Of a DNA stretch of 64,000 bases, positions 56,782 through 64,000 are shown piece after piece; position 1 is the first letter of the stretch, and the number at the start of each line of letters is the position of its first letter. The stretch is from assembly GCA_964485575.1 (NCBI GenBank), contig CAZAJO010000008.1, positions 921-64,920 of the forward strand. The letters run 5' to 3'. The notes beneath the pieces were generated by a model. That model was not told the origin of the DNA and made no database searches. It saw only the letters and a list, made by a program, of their open reading frames with translations. The position numbers were made by a program, and so were the translations under genes. This DNA is from an uncultured Gammaproteobacteria bacterium. GTDB taxonomy: Bacteria; Patescibacteriota; Microgenomatia; Levybacterales; GWA1-39-11.

Positions 56782-58527
56782 ATGCCTACTGTCCAAAATC
56801 AATTTAACGCCCCTGTTGATAGTGCTGGGCCAAGTATTGGAAGTATCCTTGTCCAAGAAAAACTCTTAAGCCCAGAACAATTCGCAAATCTTAAGGTTGA
56901 GGCAGCAAAGCAAAATATTGATATTGATAAGCTTATCCACGATCTTCAGATCATCCCCGAAGAGAAATATTTCGAAGCACAAGCAAAAATGCTCAATGTC
57001 CCCTTTACAAGCGTAACTACTCTTCCTTTTTCACCTGAAGCTCTTGGATTTATTCCAAAATCTGTGGCAGAAAGGTTTAATCTCATTCCGTTCGCATTTG
57101 ATAGGGAGGCAAAAGTTCTATCTGTTGTCATGAGCAACACAAATGATGTTGAGGCTATTGAATTTATTAAGCAAAAAACTGGCGCAACTATCAAGGTGTT
57201 CCAGGGAATTCCTACCGAAGTTACACAGGCTATACAGACCCAATACAGTTTCGGGCTGGTTGGTGAAGTTAAAGCAGCTCTCAAAGAAAGCGAGAAAATC
57301 CAAAAAGTTAAAACTTTTGATTTACAAAGCATTTCAGAGGTTATTAAAGAAGCACCTATAGCCAAAATAGTTTCTACAATTCTTGAGTATGCTGTTAAGA
57401 GTAGAGCTTCTGATATACATCTTGAGCCTCAAGAGGATAGAGTGAGAGTGAGATACAGGATAGATGGCATCCTTTATGAGAGGCTATCTTTGCCGTTAGG
57501 AGTAAGTGAAGCCGTTATTTCTCGTGTCAAAATTTTATCGGGTCTTAAAATTGACGAGCATAGAACTCCCCAGGATGGTCGTTTTAATTTTAAGGTTGCA
57601 GAAGAGGAGGTTGATCTTCGTGTAAGTTCACTTCCGACTGTTTTTGGTGAAAAAATTGTCATGAGGTTGCTTCGAAAATCCGGGGGAGTACCGACTCTTA
57701 ATGACCTTGGCCTGGGAGGAACATCCCTAAGGACACTTGAAGCTGCCATGCTTCGTCCTCATGGAATCATTCTTGTCTGCGGACCTACCGGATCTGGTAA
57801 AACAACGACTCTTTATGCAGTCCTGTCAAAACTCAATACGACAAGAGTAAATATTCTCACCCTAGAAGATCCTGTCGAATACCAAATTCCTGGCGCCAAT
57901 CAAGTTCAGATCAATGATGATGTAGGCCTTACTTTTGCCACAGGTCTCCGGGCATTTTTGAGGCAAGATCCGAATATCATACTCGTAGGAGAGATTCGTG
58001 ACAAAGAGACGACAGAACTTGCCATACAGGCTTCATTGACCGGACATTTAGTGTTCTCGACACTTCACACTGATAGCGCATCAGGAGCTCTTCCTCGTCT
58101 TATCGATATGGGTGCAGAAACTTTTCTTCTTGCCTCAACGATCAATGCGACGATGGGACAACGTATCGCAAGAAAGATATGCTCTCATTGCAAGATTGAA
58201 TACACCCCGCCACCTGAGATCATTGAAGAGATGAGAAAAGTTCTCGGCCCACTGATGCCAAAAGGTAATGGTGCACCTATAAAACTATTTAAAGGTTCAG
58301 GATGCGAGGTTTGTGGCCACTCAGGATTCTTGGGTCGGGTCGGAATCTATGAAGTAATGGCTATCAGTGAAGGGATTGCAAAACTCATCTTAGAGAGAAA
58401 AGACAGTACGACAATTGAGACAAAAGCCAAGGAAGAGGGAATGATTACAATGAAACAAGATGGATACCTCAAGGTTCTTTCCGGAGTAACAACAATCGAT
58501 GAGATTCTAAGAGTTGCGCAGGAATAA
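56782..58527 (+). CDS. pilB: type IV pilus assembly ATPase PilB (GspE family)
   Basis: T2SSE N-domain, Walker A GPTGSGKTTT, and a tetra-Cys CSHC...CEVC. Confidence 0.93.
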   Translation: MPTVQNQFNAPVDSAGPSIGSILVQEKLLSPEQFANLKVEAAKQNIDIDKLIHDLQIIPEEKYFEAQAKMLNVPFTSVTTLPFSPEALGFIPKSVAERFNLIPFAFDREAKVLSVVMSNTNDVEAIEFIKQKTGATIKVFQGIPTEVTQAIQTQYSFGLVGEVKAALKESEKIQKVKTFDLQSISEVIKEAPIAKIVSTILEYAVKSRASDIHLEPQEDRVRVRYRIDGILYERLSLPLGVSEAVISRVKILSGLKIDEHRTPQDGRFNFKVAEEEVDLRVSSLPTVFGEKIVMRLLRKSGGVPTLNDLGLGGTSLRTLEAAMLRPHGIILVCGPTGSGKTTTLYAVLSKLNTTRVNILTLEDPVEYQIPGANQVQINDDVGLTFATGLRAFLRQDPNIILVGEIRDKETTELAIQASLTGHLVFSTLHTDSASGALPRLIDMGAETFLLASTINATMGQRIARKICSHCKIEYTPPPEIIEEMRKVLGPLMPKGNGAPIKLFKGSGCEVCGHSGFLGRVGIYEVMAISEGIAKLILERKDSTTIETKAKEEGMITMKQDGYLKVLSGVTTIDEILRVAQE

Positions 58528-58529
58528 AT

Positions 58530-59597
58530 ATGGACATCAATCAATTATTAGAAAAGGCCATCACAACAAATGCTTCAGACCTTCATCTTATGGTCGGTGT
58601 ACCTCCCGTGTACAGAATAAATGGAGCACTCCAGCAGCTATCTACTGTACCACCACTTACGGATCAACAACTTGAGCAAATGGTCATGTCTTTGCTCTCC
58701 CCAGCACAAAAAGATATGTTTGTCACCAACCGCGCTCTGGATTTCTCGTATGGGTATGGGGGTGGAAATTTTGGAGATAAAGGTAGATTTAGGGTCAACG
58801 TTTATTACCAAAGAAATTCAGTTGCTGCAGCATTTAGACTACTTCCTCCGAAAGTAAAGACAATAGAAGAACTTCGCCTCCCCCCTATTTGTCACAAGCT
58901 AGCTACTCTAAAGCATGGATTTGTATTGATCACAGGACCGACCGGACATGGTAAGACAACTACAATTGCCTCAATAGTTAATGAAATAAATATGACAAGA
59001 GCCGCAAACATTCTAACAGTTGAGGATCCAATAGAATATGTCTTTCCCAAGGGAAGAAGCATAATATCTCAAAGAGAACTTGGACACGACACATTATCCT
59101 GGGCTGAAAGTCTTAAAAGCGCACTACGGGAAGACCCCGATGTTGTTATTGTAGGCGAAATGAGGGACCCCGAAAGCATAGCAAGTGCTATAACTATTGC
59201 CGAAACTGGCCACTTAGTACTGTCAACGCTTCACACAAATTCGGCTGCACAAACAATAGACAGAATAATCGACTCATTTCCAGAAGCCCAACAAAATCAG
59301 GTAAAGATCCAACTCGCGGCAACACTTGAAGCAGTAGTATCCCAAAGACTGATTCCAACGATTGATGGTCTAAGGATTGTTGCAACTGAAGTTCTTCTTG
59401 CCACAAATGCAGTCAGGGCCAACATCCGAGAAGGTAAGACTCACTTGATAGATTCGACGATCGAGACGTCTTCAGAAGAGGGAATGAACTCACTTGAAGC
59501 ATCTCTCGCACAACTCGTTAAGGAAGGCATCATAACCCTTGATGTTGCACAAGCTTATGCATTAAGACCTGATAGCCTTGCCCGCATGATGGGATAG
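58530..59597 (+). CDS. pilT: type IV pilus retraction ATPase PilT
   Basis: ASDLHL, Walker A GPTGHGKTTT, and the GHLVLSTLHT and AIRNLIRE-like AVRANIRE motifs. Confidence 0.9.
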   Translation: MDINQLLEKAITTNASDLHLMVGVPPVYRINGALQQLSTVPPLTDQQLEQMVMSLLSPAQKDMFVTNRALDFSYGYGGGNFGDKGRFRVNVYYQRNSVAAAFRLLPPKVKTIEELRLPPICHKLATLKHGFVLITGPTGHGKTTTIASIVNEINMTRAANILTVEDPIEYVFPKGRSIISQRELGHDTLSWAESLKSALREDPDVVIVGEMRDPESIASAITIAETGHLVLSTLHTNSAAQTIDRIIDSFPEAQQNQVKIQLAATLEAVVSQRLIPTIDGLRIVATEVLLATNAVRANIREGKTHLIDSTIETSSEEGMNSLEASLAQLVKEGIITLDVAQAYALRPDSLARMMG

Positions 59598-59601
59598 AAC
59601 T

Positions 59602-60804
59602 ATGGATTATTCATTCGTTGCAGCTGACAAGCAAGGACTCAAACAAAAAGGAAAACTTGAGGCCAATGATCAAAAAGAGGTAGTTGATTACCTTCGGTCG
59701 AAAGAGTTAACCCCACTTGAAGTAAAGAGTCTTGAGAAGAGGGAAAGTAGTCTCATGGGTTATTTTTCCCGTGTCAAAGGGAATGACATCGTTCTTTTTA
59801 CCAGACAACTTGCTTCAATGATCCTAACCGGTCTTACCGTTATTGAGAGCTTGAATATTCTAAAGCAACAGAACAATAAACCACAGATGCAAAAGATTGT
59901 CGATGATCTTATAGCAAATCTTTCAGAAGGAAAACCATTATCAACTGCTCTTGCAAATTATCCGGCAGTTTTTTCGACCACCTATATTGCCCTTATAAAA
60001 TCGGCAGAAGAGGGTGGTATCTTGGATAAAGTGCTTGCCCGTCTTGCCGACAATCTTGAAAAGTCAGAAGAAATCCACAAACGGGTAAAATCAGCTCTCT
60101 TTTACCCAGGGATCATTATCTCCGGTGTAGTAATTGTTATCGTCATGATGAATGTTTTTGTTATCCCACAAATGGGTGCATTATACGAAAGTCTTGATCT
60201 TCAGTTGCCTATCATGACTAGGATTGTTCTTGCTGGATCAAAATTGACGACAACACTTCTTCCTTTCTCTATCTTTTTTATTATTGGCGGGTATTTTGGT
60301 TTTAAGAGATTTGCAAAAACAGTAACAGGCATTCGGATTATCGATAAAATAAAGTTAAGAGCTCCAGTTTTTGGGGACATCATGAGGTTATCTATCTTAA
60401 GTGAGGTATCAAGAACCATCTCATTGCTGGTAAATTCCGGCGCATCCCTTATTGGAGCATTAAATATTGCCGCAGATGTTTCAGGAAATGTCTATTACAA
60501 AAGCGCTCTCAAAGGAACGAGCTCTCTTGTTGAAAAAGGAGCTGGACTGTCGGTCGCTTTACAAAATCAGATGATATTTCCACCTTTAATGATACAAATG
60601 GTAAAAGTTGGAGAATCTACCGGAAAAATTGACGAATCCCTTCTGAAAGTAAGTGAATATTTTGAAAGAGATCTTGATATTAAGGTAAAGACTCTTACGA
60701 CCTCCATAGAACCTATCCTTATCATCATTCTAGGAGTCTCTGTAGCATTCCTTATTATCTCAGTTATTACCCCTATATATTCACTGGTATCTCAAATCCA
60801 GTAG
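59602..60804 (+). CDS. pilC: type IV pilus platform protein PilC (GspF family)
   Basis: Duplicated T2SSF domains and 3 TM segments. Confidence 0.9.
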   Translation: MDYSFVAADKQGLKQKGKLEANDQKEVVDYLRSKELTPLEVKSLEKRESSLMGYFSRVKGNDIVLFTRQLASMILTGLTVIESLNILKQQNNKPQMQKIVDDLIANLSEGKPLSTALANYPAVFSTTYIALIKSAEEGGILDKVLARLADNLEKSEEIHKRVKSALFYPGIIISGVVIVIVMMNVFVIPQMGALYESLDLQLPIMTRIVLAGSKLTTTLLPFSIFFIIGGYFGFKRFAKTVTGIRIIDKIKLRAPVFGDIMRLSILSEVSRTISLLVNSGASLIGALNIAADVSGNVYYKSALKGTSSLVEKGAGLSVALQNQMIFPPLMIQMVKVGESTGKIDESLLKVSEYFERDLDIKVKTLTTSIEPILIIILGVSVAFLIISVITPIYSLVSQIQ

Positions 60805-61342
60805 GAAGCGGGTAGGTATAAAGAGTCGCATTTTTAACATCATATCCATCTCTGCGCTCATCAGTTGACGGGAGTACACCATCCAAAACCCCTATCACCC
60901 AACCATGACAGACAAATAAAGGTTTTTCATTAGGATACTCCTCTAGAATATCCCTAAATTCTCCAATAATACGAGTCCTAAAATCCTCGTGCGATTCGCC
61001 GTTTGGAGGCGTTAGTAGGTGCCATTGCCTTCCATGGGTTTCTTCCATTTCAGAAACATATCTCGTCTCGAAATCTCCTAGATTTCTTTCTGATAAGTTG
61101 GGGCGTACTACTATCGGTAGGTTGTCGAATGCAAAAGAAATCATCTGGGCGGACGTAAGGGCTCTTCTGAGAGGGGACGTAAAGATTTTCGTTATTTCAA
61201 CATCTTTAAGCTCTCTGATAAGTTGTTCTACCTGTTCTATGCCAGTAGGAGACAAGGGTCTATCCTGACTTCCCTGAACACGCTTGATCTTATTCCATTC
61301 AGTTTCACCGTGCCTGACTAAATGTATAACTCGTTCACTCAT
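60773..61342 (-). CDS. histidine phosphatase family protein (phosphoglycerate-mutase-like)
   Basis: LVRHGETEWN and a downstream ...VCHG... motif. Its 3' end converges on and overlaps pilC by 32 nt. Confidence 0.85.
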   Translation of the reverse strand: MSERVIHLVRHGETEWNKIKRVQGSQDRPLSPTGIEQVEQLIRELKDVEITKIFTSPLRRALTSAQMISFAFDNLPIVVRPNLSERNLGDFETRYVSEMEETHGRQWHLLTPPNGESHEDFRTRIIGEFRDILEEYPNEKPLFVCHGWVIGVLDGVLPSTDERRDGYDVKNATLYTYPLPTGFEIPVNI

Positions 61343-61350
61343 AAGGGAAT

Positions 61351-61379
61351 ATTATACATCGCTATGAGCTCAAAACCAA
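61351..61379 (-). promoter_or_regulatory. promoter candidate, leaderless geometry
   Basis: TTGGTT (61379-74) - N17 - TATAAT (61356-51) - N8 - ATG 61342. Confidence 0.45.
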
Positions 61380-61390
61380 TACCGTGAAGT

Positions 61391-61504
61391 TTGCCATATC
61401 GCTTCAAATCTGATACAATATTTTATATTCTTATAATCTTTTGAATTCATTTTGAAACTAAAAACACTTCCCAACTTGCAACATCCAAATCATTTCTATA
61501 CAAT
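61391..61504 (+). promoter_or_regulatory. two tandem promoter candidates upstream of gyrB
   Basis: P1 is TTGCCA (61391-96) - N17 (tatcgcTTCAAAtctga) - TACAAT (61414-19). P2 is TTGCAA (61476-81) - N17 - TACAAT (61499-504), 16 nt before ATG 61521. Confidence 0.4.
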
Positions 61505-61517
61505 TGTTTTTTGTTGA

Positions 61518-63473
<1,956 letters not shown>

Positions 63474-63491
63474 GGGGGTGACAATTAAATT

Positions 63492-64000
63492 ATGAAATTA
63501 ACAACAGGAGACAAAGCGCCAGAGTTAGTAAACGTACTAATTGAGGTGCCTTTAGACAGCAAAGTAAAATACGAGTTTGATAAAGAAACAGAGATGGTTA
63601 CCGTTGACCGGTTCCTTTATTTTGACAAAGGTTATCCAGCAAACTATGGTTTCATTCCAAACACATTGTCAGGAGATGGTGACCCAGTTGATGTTTTGGT
63701 CCTTGCACCTTACTCTTTAGCGCCAGGGGTTGTCATTGTTGCAAAACCGATTGGGATGCTTGAGACTGAGGATGAAAAAGGAATGGACGCCAAGCTTGTT
63801 GCAGTACCAACAGAAAAAGCAAACCCAGAATTTGGAAAGTATAATGACATTTCCGAACTTCCGGCAGAAATTACAGAATCAATCAAATACTTTTTTGAGA
63901 ACTACAAGAAAAATGAACCTGGTAAATGGGTGAAAGTAAGTGGATGGAAGGGTAGAGAAGACGCTTTAAAGGAAATTACTGACGGCATAACCAATGCCGC
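63492..64000 (+). CDS. ppa: inorganic pyrophosphatase (family I), 3'-truncated by the window
   Basis: Hand translation MKLTTGDKAPELVNVLIEVPLDSKVKYEFDKE...DGDPVDVLVL. The SD AAGGGGGTGA is upstream. It is absent from the track because it runs off the edge. Confidence 0.9.
   Translation, partial: MKLTTGDKAPELVNVLIEVPLDSKVKYEFDKETEMVTVDRFLYFDKGYPANYGFIPNTLSGDGDPVDVLVLAPYSLAPGVVIVAKPIGMLETEDEKGMDAKLVAVPTEKANPEFGKYNDISELPAEITESIKYFFENYKKNEPGKWVKVSGWKGREDALKEITDGITNA

Noticed and set aside
56674-56856. A 60-aa minus-strand ORF between holB and pilB.
   Set aside because: It spans the pilB promoter, 5' UTR and the first pilB codons. It has no start context or motif and is most likely spurious.
30914-57365. 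Track ORFs lying antisense or nested in well-supported genes: 30914..31327, 37925..38341, 41100..41678, 41906..42241, 47027..47374, 50197..50592, 52604..52909 and 56946..57365.
   Set aside because: Each lies entirely inside a conserved, motif-supported gene on the opposite strand, and none has a recognisable motif.

Overview
All calls rest on reading the sequence and on motif recognition from memory; no database search was run. The window looks like chromosomal DNA from a small-genome, Patescibacteria/CPR-like bacterium using the standard genetic code (inferred from gene content). (1) Positions 1-26113 are the 5' part of one giant minus-strand gene. Its ATG is at 26113 and at least 8,704 codons remain open at position 1. 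The ORF track omits it because it runs off the window, and the P/V-rich + strand ORFs listed there are antisense shadows. The protein starts with an HTH-like segment and one TM helix. A hierarchically repeated Thr/Asn/Gly/Ser-rich ectodomain follows, built from 17 C-x9/10-C loop modules (16 with the full conserved flank) and about 28 shorter beta-strand repeats. (2) 26601-32161 is an atpFHAGDC cluster with no atpB/atpE. Epsilon is truncated, and alpha and beta carry Pro/Gln-rich C-terminal tails. (3) 32.3-46.4 kb holds mixed housekeeping and accessory genes: a VOC protein, an HExxH protein, a protein with an ATPase-c-like hairpin, a membrane protein plus an orphan receiver, GH130-like, three NUDIX genes, PBP1A, tyrS, recG, rpmF, nusB, rnc, rpsP, a KH protein and trmD. 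(4) 46.4-60.8 kb is a type IV pilus locus: pilONM, a PilX-like gene, six pilin-like genes in total, pilD, a DUF2723-type glycosyltransferase, holB and pilBTC. An Avd/IVS-family four-helix-bundle gene sits inside it, with heptanucleotide (TCTCAAN) arrays in the pilin leaders, in inverted copies downstream of pilin genes, and in recG. (5) A histidine phosphatase, gyrB and the start of ppa close the window. Many genes have a TTGnnA-N16-18-TAnnnT box only 4-11 nt before the start codon, which suggests leaderless mRNAs. No rRNA, tRNA, CRISPR array, integrase or transposase was recognised.
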